A stretch of DNA of 53,123 nucleotides from Nemertoderma westbladi (taxonomy: Eukaryota > Animalia > Xenacoelomorpha), in contig JAUCBJ010000292.1 in the NCBI GenBank assembly GCA_032718475.1, positions 1 to 53,123 of the forward strand. Direction: 5' to 3'. This document shows positions 11,691-23,624 of this stretch, one piece after another. A model generated the notes under the pieces. The model made no database searches. It was not told where the DNA came from and was given only the letters and a program-made list of their open reading frames with translations. Every line of letters begins with the position of its first letter. Position 1 is the stretch's first letter. Both the position numbers and the translations under genes were made by a program.

Positions 11691-13259
11691 TGTAAAGGCT
11701 TTTGCGGAATTAGCCGGTTATTTTCCCCGTAAAGTACTCTGTAGTTGGTTTAACAGGCATAAAAGGCCGTGTCCTTACTGTACTGGTGTTTTAGAGGACA
11801 TAAAAGCCATTTCTTCTGTATGTGTACTTTAGCGGACATAATTAGCAATTCTATGATGCAATATGCCGGATCCTCTTGAAACAGTGTAGCTACCATGACG
11901 ACGGCTAACAGCTGAGCTGTACATGTGGAGCTTTTCTTTGTTCTCTGTTCCTTCTTTGTTCGGTCGACCAATCAGAGCGTTTTTTGCCTCTGCGTTGGAG
12001 ATTGTATATGGAAACTCGTGGAGTTGAGTCAGTATGTGATTTTGTCCACAGCCTAGAACACCGGCTTTGGAACCTCCGTGTTTCAGTCTTTAGCCCAACA
12101 TTAGTAGGCTTAATTATAGAACGTATATCTGTTATCAAACTTAACTAATCATACCAAAACAAACCAATCCATAACTCACTCACTCATACCAATTCGCATC
12201 TCACTAAACATATCAATCAAACTTAACTTAACATTTGAAACAGTGTAGCTACCATGACGACGGCTAACAGCTGAGCTGTACATGTGGAGCTTTTCTTTGT
12301 TCTCTGTTCCTTCTTTGTTCGGTCGACCAATCAGAGCGTTTTTTGCCTCTGCGTTGGAGATTGTATATGGAAACTCGTGGAGTTGAGTCAGTATGTGATT
12401 TTGTCCACAGCCTAGAACACCGGCTTTGGAACCTCCGTGTTTCAGTCTTTAGCCCAACATTAGTAGGCTTAATTATAGAACGTATATCTGTTATCAAACT
12501 TAACTAATCATACCAAAACAAACCAATCCATAACTCACTCACTCATACCAATTCGCATCTCACTAAACATATCAATCAAACTTAACTTAACATTTTACTG
12601 CTATTTACTGTCGGTTATTCATTATATTTGTTGATGGAATATTATATTTGGAATACTGATAAATAATCAGACATCCCAATCTTCTTGATATACTAAGGGT
12701 TAGAGAGTCCGGTTACATATAACGATTGCGACTTACATTAAGTGGTTTGAAGTGAATCTAATGCTATTTCATAGGCCCTACATGAATTGTCTGTTGTTCT
12801 CTTTATATGTGACTAAAATTAGTGAAGGTCGGCAGATTAGTGTGCAGTATTGTGCAGTATTGTGTATGATTGTGACTGATAACAAAGCATCTCCTAAAGA
12901 ATGCGCCATATACGTGAATCTATAGCCATCCCGTTGTGTCTAGTTTAAGTCATAACTCTGTTTACATATTTAGAGCGCCACGTCCTAAAGGAACTGTTAA
13001 TATTTCCCGAAAGTGAATAATATTTGTCAGAGATTATATATATTACGATCAGTCGAATAATACAGTAGGCCTACCCCGCAATACGGTTAGGCTTCCGAAT
13101 CCAGTCTCCCGGGTATATCCAGCGGGTGAATGATCGCGCATAGACTGGCTTCGGCTAATGTAGTGTATCAAATACTTGTCATAGGCTAAAGACGATCTAT
13201 TATCTAAAAGACATCCCAATTTGGCAGGTTAAACTGCTAAAGGTCTGAAAGCGCGAACA
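11691..13259 (+). repeat. 5' LTR (1569 bp, including a 359-bp internal tandem duplication at 11876-12593)
   Basis: TGTAAAGGCT...GCGCGAACA. Matches 29366-30575 apart from the duplication and about 10 substitutions counted by eye. Confidence 0.95.
11968..12033 (+). promoter_or_regulatory. Putative LTR core promoter (CCAAT, TATA-like, TCAGT Inr)
   Basis: CCAAT at 11968, TATATG at 12005 (TATATAG in the 3' LTR), TCAGT at 12029, with canonical spacing. Repeated 359 bp downstream. Confidence 0.5.
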
Positions 13260-13594
13260 ATAACAGATATATACGTACAATCAGAAGATATAGTTGTCTA
13301 TTGTTCTGGTAAGAACAATAACAGATATAGCTTCTGTATTGCAGTAGGCAATAACGCTGAAGTACCGGACAACCGGTACCTAGTAGGCCTGACTACCTAA
13401 CCACCCGGACCGGTACCTACAGCAGTACAGATACAGCAGTATTATTCGATTGTGAAATTGTATACCGGTAGGCTGTTTAAGAGATTAGGGACTGTACACC
13501 CCTTGTTTCTTTTGGAGCTTACTTATTTCTGTCGGTTTTATTTATTTGTAGGCCAATATTGAGCAGAAGACGTGTAAGCCTGCCCAGATTGTAC

Positions 13595-14170
13595 AGATAA
13601 TTTGTAGGCTGGACTGTTGTCTGACTGTTGTTAAGTCTGAAGGGACTGTAGTGTGTGTAGAGCGTATGTCCGAAAAAGTACTAGTTAGGAAAGTAGGGGC
13701 TGCCAGTGCTGTGAGGTGAACCCCCTCGAAAGAATAAGTCGTACTACTCGGTTAGAACGCATACTAACTAACCATTTCGGAGTCTGCATATACTGTAGTT
13801 TATTTAGGCTTGATAGTAGTCTGCCAGCGTTTGGTCTGTACTTTGTTTGTGTAGTCTGTACGGGTAGCGTAATATTTCTTACTTAGATAATTTGTAGGCT
13901 GGATTTTGTCTGGCTGTTGTTAGGTCTGAAGAGATTTCGGTGTGTGTAGAGTGTATGTCCGATAAAGTGCCAGTTGGGAACGTAGGGGCTTCCAGAGCTG
14001 TGAGGTAAACCCCCTCGAAAGAATAAGTCGTCCTACTCGGTTAGAACGCATACTAACTAACCATTTCGGAGTCTGCATATACCGTAGTTTGTTTAGGCTT
14101 GATAGTAGTCTGTCAGTATTTGGTCTGCATTTTGCTTGAGTAGTCTGTACGCGTAGCGTAATATTTATTA
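13595..14170. repeat. 290-bp tandem duplication in the retrotransposon leader
   Basis: AGATAATTTGTAGGCTGGA starts at 13595 and again at 13885; the copies are similar but diverged. Confidence 0.9.
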
Positions 14171-15494
14171 TTCAGAGTTTATGCGATTATTCGCAACATT
14201 CATATCCCCAAGTTTATTCCTACAGTAATTGTGCTTGTTATATATACCGTTATAGTTAAACTAACCCCGGTACTACATCAGGGCTGCTTGGCGTAGGTAA
14301 AGACTGGTGATTTTGTGCCCCGGTCACTCCAGCAGATACTGTGGTTCTTTTAGCTGTTCAAGTATTTTTAACTACTGATTATTTGTTGTATAAGTACTTG
14401 TACCTAATTTAGGGTTTAGTGTACAGTACTTTCCGAAGGTGATTAGTGTGTAGGCAGTATATTTGTGTTGTAAAGTGGTTAATAGGCATGTTGGTTCTGG
14501 TAGACCGCGGTAATTAACTTCTAGGTAGGAACACTCCGTGATACATAACGTAGTACTTATAGCGATACGGCTATAAGTCGTCAGACGGTGGTATTTTTCT
14601 ATCTGGACAACGCAGTATATTTACTACTACTTATTATTTTCAAATACCGTAGTACCCTGTTCGTTGTAATAACCAGATAATCTAACCCTTTGTTAGGCTG
14701 GTTTGTAGACTTCTTGTAAAATTACCCTAAAAATTCGTACTTGTAATTTTTGTGTTTATTTAGAGATTGTAATCTCACCCGAATTGTACGTAATTTGTAG
14801 TATTAAGTAACTTAGGTAAATTATAATTATTTGTTTTAGTGTCCAACAAGTAGCACTTCACTGAGAGCGCACAGCTTCTGTGTAGTGACTCCCCCAGAAA
14901 TAATAACATTTATTTCAAATATTGACAAAACCCATTTTAACGGGTATATATAATATAAATCAACTCAAACGATTTATAAATAGTAGGCCTGCCATACATC
15001 AATTAGGTCTAAATATCAGTTGGACTACTGCTCAAATAACGGTAATAAAGTAAGTTAAAGTAACCAAGTAACCCTAAAATTCAGAAATTCAGTTATTCTA
15101 AAATAATTGACATACCGGTATTTACAATAGGCTTAATATATTTATTTTTATAAATTTAGGCTGAAATCATACCGGTATTCTGTAATTAATTCTAGTCCAT
15201 AATTATACTTATATATACTATAAGTATAAGCTGTATACCGGTATTCACGATAGGCCTATTATATATTTATATATACTTGTGCTGGAATTACATACCGGTA
15301 CTCTGTGACAAACCTAGTCTGTAATAATACTTATATATACTATAAGCATACCGGTATTCTAATATATTATATATATATATCAAGTTACATTTGTGACGAT
15401 ATCGGTAATTAATTACTAAGCTATCAGTGATACTGAATTACTAGACTTGCTTAAACTGTAATATAGCAGTAGGCATTCAACTGTACAAACCAAC

Positions 15495-17654
15495 ATGTCT
15501 GACACAAAGCAAAACCTGTCAGACAGTCTCCTAGATACAACCATATGTGACCCAGACAGGAGTGTGGAACGTGTAGGACCGAAGTTCAACTCACCTCCTA
15601 CTGTAAGAAAGATCATCCCTCCCGTAGTAATATCAGACCCTAGGCTAGTCCAACATCGTAGGTCTATCATAGGCACTCGAGCTCAGGTCAAGCGGGACCA
15701 AGAAGCAGCAGAACAGCAACTACCCGCTAGCCGAGAACTTATTTCTCAGCGGCACGACAGCTCCAGTAGTGCGGATACTGTAGAGCTGACACCCGAGCAC
15801 GGAGCAAAGATGACAGATGCGGTTTATTCGGATCCCCTTCTCATCCTTCCTGCAGCCGTACTCACGAGGTTATTGATTGCGGTGGAGGAACACCAGATTG
15901 ATTGGGCGAGAAGTAAGCGATCGACTAAGGATAGTTATGCGGGATACACAAGGGAAGAACTGAAGTCTATTGTCGAGTCGCAATGGAACTTCCCCGGACC
16001 CGGACTCCCGTTTGACTTATCAGAAGCTGCCTGGGAAGACATACACAGGATGGGAGTAACCAAGGAAACCATCGATCCAGCTGTGTGGAAGAGGTCAGCA
16101 GCAGGATACGTACAGGGATTCTTCAGCTCTATGGAGCGATTAAAAGAACAACTGTTTCAACAACCCCAAGGACCTCAAGAGCAGGGACAGCTGCTTTATC
16201 AAGTTAGAGAAAGAATTCTACGAATCAGGCTAATCTTATCGGCCTTTGAGGAGGCTTCTAAAAGAAGACAAGACACTAGAAGTCAAGAAGTAAAGACTTG
16301 GTTTCAACGGGTGAGTCTCCAGGTTCAAGGAACGGCTCAGTGGAAAGCCCAGCTGGATGAGCGCTCAACCCAGGGAGAATCAACAGACGCTGCTTTTTCC
16401 CAAGTGGAAAGTGAAGCGACAGCAGAGAAACCGCATAAGAGGGATGCTATTGACATCTATCTGTCGGACTATCAACATTTTGTAGGTGACGAAGAGTTGA
16501 GGAGACGGCTGGATGGACTTAGCCCTAATAGTGAAGGAGCCAAGCTTGTGTTGGACGCAATCGATGTGGATAGGTTAGCTGCGAACCAAGCTAAATTCAA
16601 TGAAAGCATCCGCATCGCTAAGGTTCAAGAAGAACAAGTAAAGAAAAAACGTATAGAAGACAGAAAGACAGCGGCAGTGGCAGCAGCAGTGGCAGCGGCA
16701 GAAGTGGAAAGAAAAGCGGCAGCGGCAACGGCAGCGGCAGAAGCAGAAGCGGAAAGAAAAGCAGCAGCGGCAGTGGCAGAGGCAGAAACGGAAAGAAAAG
16801 TGGCAGCGGCAGCGGCAGAGGCAGAAGCGGAAAGAAAAGCGGCAGTGGCAGCGGCCGAAGCGGAAAGAAAAGCGGCAGTGGCAGCGGCAGTGGCAGAAGC
16901 AGAACGGAGAGCGTCTGAAGAGACAACCCAACTAGAGTTGGAAAATCTTCAAGAGAGGCAAGACAACTTCAATAAACAGTTAACAGCTAGTAATATGCAG
17001 ATGATGAGTCGATCTACTCCCAAAAGACAGGGATATACATCATCTGAGGAAGGCGATACCACTGATACTGAAGGTGGAGGAAATAGATCTCGTCTCAGCA
17101 GACGTAGAAGAATGTCCCACCGTCAAAAATTGCCTGATTTGCCCCCAGCTGTTAGAAAGCAACTAAATAACACAAACTTAGGTAGTACAGAACCCACAGA
17201 CCAAATAATTAAAATAGAAAGACTCCCTACTATAGTAGATGAGCCTGAAATAATTAGGCCTGTTCCCGAAGCCACCCCTTCGGTGATAGAGACACCTGTG
17301 CTCCCTGAACCTACCTCTAAATTCCCTCTGCACAGCACTAAGCTATCTGTGCCACACAGAACCACCCTTGAAAATGCTCATGTCCTGGACTCCGAGCGAA
17401 ATATTAATGATTTGTCGCCCGTTGTCACTCGTCGGCCCGCTACAACGTTGGCGGCTCCCGCTTCGGCGGTCGAGTGGGTGGATGAGAGACGACGGGGGAT
17501 GGATCTCCTGCTCGGGCAGATGCAGGAGACTGTTCAGCAATTCAAGGGCACAGTAAGGGAAAGTAGGTTAGAGTTGCAAGAAGTGCAGCAAAGCATCGCG
17601 TTAGAACGCGATAAATTAGTAAATACACAAAAGGTATACCACCACCCCCTGTAA
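15495..17654 (+). CDS. Upstream ORF / N-terminal gag extension of the BEL element (719 aa, coiled-coil with AEAERKAA repeats)
   Basis: Long ORF inside the LTRs. It overlaps the gag-pol frame (-1) over 17615-17654. No recognised domain. Confidence 0.75.
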   Translation: MSDTKQNLSDSLLDTTICDPDRSVERVGPKFNSPPTVRKIIPPVVISDPRLVQHRRSIIGTRAQVKRDQEAAEQQLPASRELISQRHDSSSSADTVELTPEHGAKMTDAVYSDPLLILPAAVLTRLLIAVEEHQIDWARSKRSTKDSYAGYTREELKSIVESQWNFPGPGLPFDLSEAAWEDIHRMGVTKETIDPAVWKRSAAGYVQGFFSSMERLKEQLFQQPQGPQEQGQLLYQVRERILRIRLILSAFEEASKRRQDTRSQEVKTWFQRVSLQVQGTAQWKAQLDERSTQGESTDAAFSQVESEATAEKPHKRDAIDIYLSDYQHFVGDEELRRRLDGLSPNSEGAKLVLDAIDVDRLAANQAKFNESIRIAKVQEEQVKKKRIEDRKTAAVAAAVAAAEVERKAAAATAAAEAEAERKAAAAVAEAETERKVAAAAAEAEAERKAAVAAAEAERKAAVAAAVAEAERRASEETTQLELENLQERQDNFNKQLTASNMQMMSRSTPKRQGYTSSEEGDTTDTEGGGNRSRLSRRRRMSHRQKLPDLPPAVRKQLNNTNLGSTEPTDQIIKIERLPTIVDEPEIIRPVPEATPSVIETPVLPEPTSKFPLHSTKLSVPHRTTLENAHVLDSERNINDLSPVVTRRPATTLAAPASAVEWVDERRRGMDLLLGQMQETVQQFKGTVRESRLELQEVQQSIALERDKLVNTQKVYHHPL

Positions 17655-17656
17655 CA

Positions 17657-20600
17657 ATGTGTCAACCTGTTAGGTCTGAAGTATCTCATGCGCAAGGTGT
17701 GGAGCCTACACGCATATATACTGCTAGCGAAGTAGAAACTCCTATAGTAAACCCTATAAAGGGTAATTATAGACCTGTTGATAATGATATTCCCTATAGA
17801 CCTGATCATAATCCGAGAAATTTATATACCGATAACTCGATATTAAATAACACGATGGCCCAAGAAAGTTTTACGCGTCAAATGGCTAGTACCGAAGCCC
17901 GTCAAGCGGTAAAGGTGGGAGAGATAGTCAAGTTCAATGGAGATGAGATGAAATGGTTACCTTTTAATGACTATTATAAAGATAACATACAGAACTCTGT
18001 ACTATCTAATGGAGAGAAACTTAGATTCCTCATCGAGTGCTTGGAAGGATCTCCCAAGTTAATGGCGTTAAAGTTTATTGGACATCCAGACGGATTAAGA
18101 CAAGTTTGGGATACACTAAACATCAGGTATGGTAATAGGAATAACATAGCTAAATATTTGTATGCAAAATTAGTAGCGCCCCGAAAGTTCATTAGCAGCA
18201 GGATAATAGAGTTTTCCGATGAGATTCAAGAGATCTGTAGACAATTAGATTGGTTAGGTAAGTCTCATGAATATCAGAGTTCTATGGTTATTGGAGCCGT
18301 GGCTTCTACTTTACCGAAGGGTGGAGTAGGTACACGCTGGGATAAGAAAGTGTTATATATGATGGAACAACAACGACGAGACCCTACCATGGCTGATCTC
18401 ATGTCATTCTTAGATGGAGAAGTGAAATTACAGCTCCTAAAACAGTCCAGAGAGAAGACACCGGAAAACAAGGTAAGTGAGAAACCCGTTTCTAGGAGAA
18501 AGGTAACACCAGTGTGTTATACAGACGACGGCGAAAGCCAGACTTCTCAAGGAGAGGATAGCGGGAAAGACACTGAAAGATCTTATTATGTCAATAAAAC
18601 GCCTAAAGAACAGGTAAGTAAATTCAAGTCTCGAACCAATGACAGGAGAGAACAGATAAGAAAAACTCCTCCTACGTCTCCCAAGAGAATTCAGGTGAGA
18701 AAGCCCGAAGAAAGAACGAGTGTGCACAATGTTATTCAAAATAAGGTAAGTAACATCAAACCGAAATGTGCACTATGTGACGGGACCCACCGTTTGAATA
18801 TGTGTGATGAATTCCTGAAGAAATCATTAACGGAGAGACGGGAAGTCATGTGGGATAAGCGGTTGTGTTATAATTGCCTCAGACAAGGACACCAACGGCG
18901 AACCTGTTACTCCGACACAAGGTGTGCAAAGTGCGGTGCGAAACATCATATCTTGTTGCACACTGAATTTGAGCGAAACAGCCATAGTCAGGTAAGTGAT
19001 TCCGAACTACATGTCCAATTCAGTGATGTGAACAACACTGACCAAAGTTCTGAGATGGAAGGATTCTATACAGATGAATTCTCCGACGAAGGTGAATCCT
19101 GTTACATGATAAATACCGCAGTGTATCGAGCACTTACGTATGAAAAAGACACAGACAGCAACCTCACCCTAACTACTTCTGATCGACAACCATCTTGGAA
19201 AGCGCCACCTTCCAATGTAGGAATCCGAGAATTTCCTGTAGTACAGGTAAGGGTCCACGGACCTAAAAGGAGTTATGTAGTGAACGCCCTCCTTGACTCC
19301 GGTAGTACAGGAACATTCATAGACAAAGAACTAGCCGAAGACATCTTTGCTGGACAACCCAAGTTCCGAACTAAGCTAAACATGTCAGGAATTATGCAGG
19401 TTTGGAAATCTACAGTAATAGCGGATTATTATGTAGGTGCGTTGTCCACCCCCCAGGATGAACTAGGAGAACATAGTATAAGGTCAGTAAAAATGGTGGC
19501 GATAAAGAACTTCGCTACCACCCAAGTGGAACCTTATAACTGGGATGAGGACGATTTCACCCAGCAGCTGGAAATACCTAGATTCAACACCGATTACCCT
19601 GGAGTGCAAATACTCATCGGTCAAAACGCGCATGAAGCGCTCGAGACATTGGAGAAACGGCCTGCTCAACCGCAACCACTACAAGCTTATGCGGGAAGAA
19701 CTAGAGTGGGTTGGTACTTTACTGGCCCTTCCCGTATAACTCTCATGGAAAGATTACCGAAAGACCAGGTATATCAAGTAAGAGAATGGGAAGTCGAGGG
19801 CAGTGAGTTAGACAATCAAACTGAGGGAACACCATACTCCTCAGATAATGACGATGTCCACCAACTTTTCGACGAGGAGAATACCATTGATCTCCTTAAG
19901 GAAAACGAGACTTGGCAAAACCAAGTGAACTTATGTCAGCTCCTTCTTCCATCAGAACGAGACGACTATAACGACGAACTTAATGACGTCATTGAACATT
20001 ATAATGCCAAGACTCGGGATGAACACGCCGTACGATTCTTTACTCAGGAGGCTGTAGAGCCCAATTCATACGATAAGGCCCTATCGGTAGAAGAAGAAAG
20101 AGCCAAGCAGATCCAAGAGACAACTACACGTTTTCTTAAAGATCAAGGTAGATATGAGATCGGTCTACCTTTCCGAAAGCGAGAACCAAAGTTCGTAAAC
20201 AACAGACCCTTGGTGGAGAAAAGAATTGCTCAACTACATCGACGCCTTACGGCAAATTCTTCAGCTAAAGAAATGTATCAAACGCAGTTGAAGAAATTTA
20301 TTAGCAAGGGATATGCAGAGCTAGTACCGGAAGAAACACCTATAACTGAGAGAACGTATTATTTAACTCACCATTACGTTCCCAAACCCGGTAAACCCCA
20401 TGAGGTACGAGTGGTGTTTGACGGCTCCGCCCTCTATATGGGCCAATCCCTTAATTCCGAATTGTTACCCGGACCCAACTTACTCCAATCCTTGTTGGGA
20501 ATACTCTTAAGATTAAGACAATATTCAATTGCTTTCGCCTCAGATATAGAAGGCATGTTCTTACAAGTCAAGGCGCTGGATAGGGATCGAGATAGCCTAC

Positions 20601-22003
20601 GATTTCTGTGGTGGCCTGAAGGAGACCTCAACCAGAAACCGGTGGAGTACTGGATGACCATCCAGGCTTTTGGGATAATCTCAAGCCCTTCAAACGCCTG
20701 TTCAGTGGTGCGCACCACTGCGGATGACAACCGAGAAGCCTTCTCTAAAGAGGTGATTGACAACATCAAACGGGATATATACATGGACGACAATCTAAAG
20801 TCCCTTCCATTAGTCGAAGAAGCCATTGATGTCGCTAAAGGAACGGTAGAGTGCTTAAAAAGAGGTGGATTTCGATTAACTAAATTCACCAGCAACTCCC
20901 GTGAGTTTCTGGAGTTGATCCCGGTAGAAGATCGAGGAGCAAAAGACCTAGATCTAATCAAAGATGATCTTCCAGAAACCAAGACACTTGGTTTGAAATG
21001 GGACACAGAGAGAGATATCCTGTTTTTCCAGCTAAAACAGCGAGATAATCCAGTTCGGACAAAACGGATTTGTTTAAGTATCCTGAGCACTTATTTCGAT
21101 CCATTGGGATTTATTAGCCCAGTTATATTGATTGCTTGGAGTTTAGTACAACAAATGTGGCTTGAAAACCACTCATGGGACGATCCACTTAAGGGAGAAT
21201 TATTAAAGAAGTGGATGAGATGGGAAGATTCTCTACCAGCCATCGAGAACTTTATAATTTCCCGTTCATATTTTGGTCATGTTCTCCCTACGTATTCCTA
21301 TCAACTCCATGTGTTTGGAGACGCCAGCGATATGGGAATAGGTATAGTAGCCTACCTAAGGATGGAAACTCCGGACGGAATCAAAGTCGCCTTGGTTACC
21401 TCTAAGGCACTGATAAACAACAAGTTGAAAGTTCCTCGAGCGGAGTTAAAGGCGGCTCTATACGCTACAGCCATCGGCTGGAATGTAACAGAACAGATCG
21501 ACTATCCACTGGAGAAAACTGTCTATTGGACCGACGCTTTACTCGTGTTGGAGTATATAACCAATGAAGTCTGTCAGTTCAGCGTCTTCGTTACCAACAG
21601 AGTAGCCATTATACTCAGTCGCACAACGATGGATCAATGGAGACATTGCCCCGGAACGATTAATCCAGCAGACATTGCTTCCAGGGGAGCAACTCCACAA
21701 GAACTGGTAGATACTCCAGACTGGTTAGGTGGACCCGACTTCCTCTACAAAGAAGAAGAAGAATGGTCTCCTCATCTTACTACCACAGAGATTAGACAGG
21801 CCAAGGGAGCGGAGAAAGTCAAACCTAAAACTCGGGCGAGTAAATCGAAGTTATTCAAACCCATGGTAGATCTGTCTGTACTACATACTTCCGGAGACGA
21901 TGCTTTGGATCAGAAACCCACAGCCACAAATAAACTTGTTGTGGAAATCCGTGAGAAGGATTGGAAATCTGGAATACCAGACGTCTCTCAAGGACTCTCA
22001 CTC
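17657..22003 (+). CDS. BEL/Pao gag-pol: gag, three Cys/His knuckles, aspartic protease, RT, RNase H
   Basis: KFNGDEMKW gag; CALCDGTH / CYNCLRQGH / CAKCGAKHH; ALLDSGS; YMDD; LHVFGDAS, PRAELKAA, WTDA, NPADIASRG. The ORF runs on into the insert and stops at 22042. Confidence 0.95.
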
Positions 22004-22167
22004 TGCAGTCCAGCAATATTTGAAGATGGTGAAGATGAGTAGAGTTGTATGTCTGCATATATTGATTAGATAAAACAATTTTATTTAAAAAAATTATTTA
22101 TTCTATTTATTTATTAAGAAAGCATTTGAGAAAGCCGGAGAATTGGGACCCGGACAATTCGTATCAG

Positions 22168-22650
22168 GACAAATATTAAACCTATCTTACTCTTCAATAT
22201 TTGTGATTTAATCACAATTTTTAAAAAAAATAATTTATCCATCGTTAGTCATCAGCTTTGCAGGTTGCAGCACTGTTTAAACAGTTATTACTGCCTGACT
22301 TTTGCTGTATTGCAATATATTACAGTATTCAGTTACCGGTATTAGTGTTTCTTTGGTAAATTTACTGAATTAGGTCTAACAGAAGTAATTAAAATGACAA
22401 GTTCGAGTGCAATCTTCGATGACTCTGAAGAAAAACGTATGGTTGACAGGATCAGAGATGTTGCTTTTAGAGTGGGTCGTGATTTTGTGGGATAATCAAA
22501 CTGAACTCAAACCAAAACGAGGAGCTCCCCGTGCTGCAAAAGGGGAAACATGGCTGTAAAGCTGATGAATAACGCTGGATAAATTATATATTTATTTAAT
22601 TGTGATTAAATCACAAATATTGAAAAGTAAGATTGGTTTAAAGAATTGTC
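22168..22650. mobile_element. Internally deleted DNA transposon with ~90-bp TIRs inside the insert
   Basis: CTTACTCTTCAATATTTGTGATTTAATCACAATT and TAATTTATCCATCGTTAGTCATCAGCTTT both recur inverted at ~22558-22650. A short coding remnant MTSSSAIFDDSEEKRMVDRIRDVAFR lies between them. Confidence 0.7.
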
Positions 22651-23307
22651 TATAAAATTTTTATACTTTTGTATTGGACCCTAAATTTTTGCATCCAAGC
22701 TCAGAATTAAATTCTCTTTCGAATGAAATATTACACTAAGGTGCATGTCTGGCAGTTTTGGCTGGCCGGGGGGGGGATCATTATGGAACATCCGGTACTT
22801 TCCTATGAAAGTGCGACTATAGGAGGCTTAGATTAGGTTATTCTCAACTGTAACATCAGTTTCAAATTTGATGGGACACCATATTATGCAATTCAAATTT
22901 TGTGCGGCGACATACCTTCATAATAGACATACATAATATTGTTAATAAGGGCTTCAAGTGTTCTTACAAAACACAATATATAATATGATTAATTTCCTGT
23001 CCAGTAAGACTGAAGCACCCGCGGTTTTTGTGTCAAGTTTGTTTCAACAATGTTGATTTATGTGGAAATTCTATTGATCATAATAATTGATCCCATGAAA
23101 TGTATCAATAATCATTATCGAGGAATAGCGTCCTTCTACGAATCGGAGGAGCATTACTTCTCAAACAAAATCGTTACTCCGGAAATAATTCACGCAGAGA
23201 GAGACACGAATTGCGCTTTACAAAGTACAGCAATCAACCTGTCAATCATAAATAACAAATGTAGCTAATCATATATAAATCTATATTTATGCTGCTATCT
23301 TTTCCAG

Positions 23308-23447
23308 GTAAAATGATTCCCTTTATGGAGTTGGTGACGGCCCAAGCTTCTATTCTTACAATGCTGGTTGTGGCTTTCGAGCGTTGGATGGCTATTTGTT
23401 ACCCATTGAAGGTTCAGTACTTATGCACCGTTGGAAGGGCTGTCAAG
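23308..23447 (+). pseudogene. Orphan exon of a class A peptide GPCR (TM3-ICL2; ETH/TRH-receptor-like)
   Basis: TTTTCCAG acceptor and AAG|GTACAT donor. Encodes (C)KMIPFMELVTAQASILTMLVVAFERWMAICYPLKVQYLCTVGRAVK with an ERW (DRY-type) motif. A phase-1 start would complete the conserved TM3 Cys. Confidence 0.85.
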
Positions 23448-23587
23448 GTACATTACTGTATTTGTTATATATAATTTATTATTTAACCGTTTATATTAAC
23501 AACTGCACTACTTATATTTGTTGTAATATCATTGGCGGCGTGGTGGTTTAGCACGTTGCCTTGAATTTCCGTCTCTCGTGGATCGGA

Positions 23588-23624
23588 CCGCCTCCGCCTC
23601 CGCCTCCGCCTCCGCCTCCGCCTC
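23588..23624. repeat. (CCGCCT)n microsatellite
   Basis: Six tandem hexamers. Confidence 0.9.

Noticed and set aside
11750-12497. Repeated 73-77 aa minus-strand ORFs (also at 29425-29813)
   Set aside because: They recur only because the LTR sequence is repeated; no coding features.
12029-13290. Tf1-type self-priming of the BEL element
   Set aside because: The sequence after the LTR is not complementary to the predicted transcript 5' end (AGTATGTGATT).
13705-13745. Hammerhead-like CTGTGA-stem-GAAA in the 290-bp leader repeats
   Set aside because: The core lacks a nucleotide of CUGANGA, and stems I and III with a cleavage triplet could not be formed.
16575-16931. Antisense Cys/Arg- and Leu/Pro-rich ORFs
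   Set aside because: Shadows of the AEAERKAA repeat on the plus strand.
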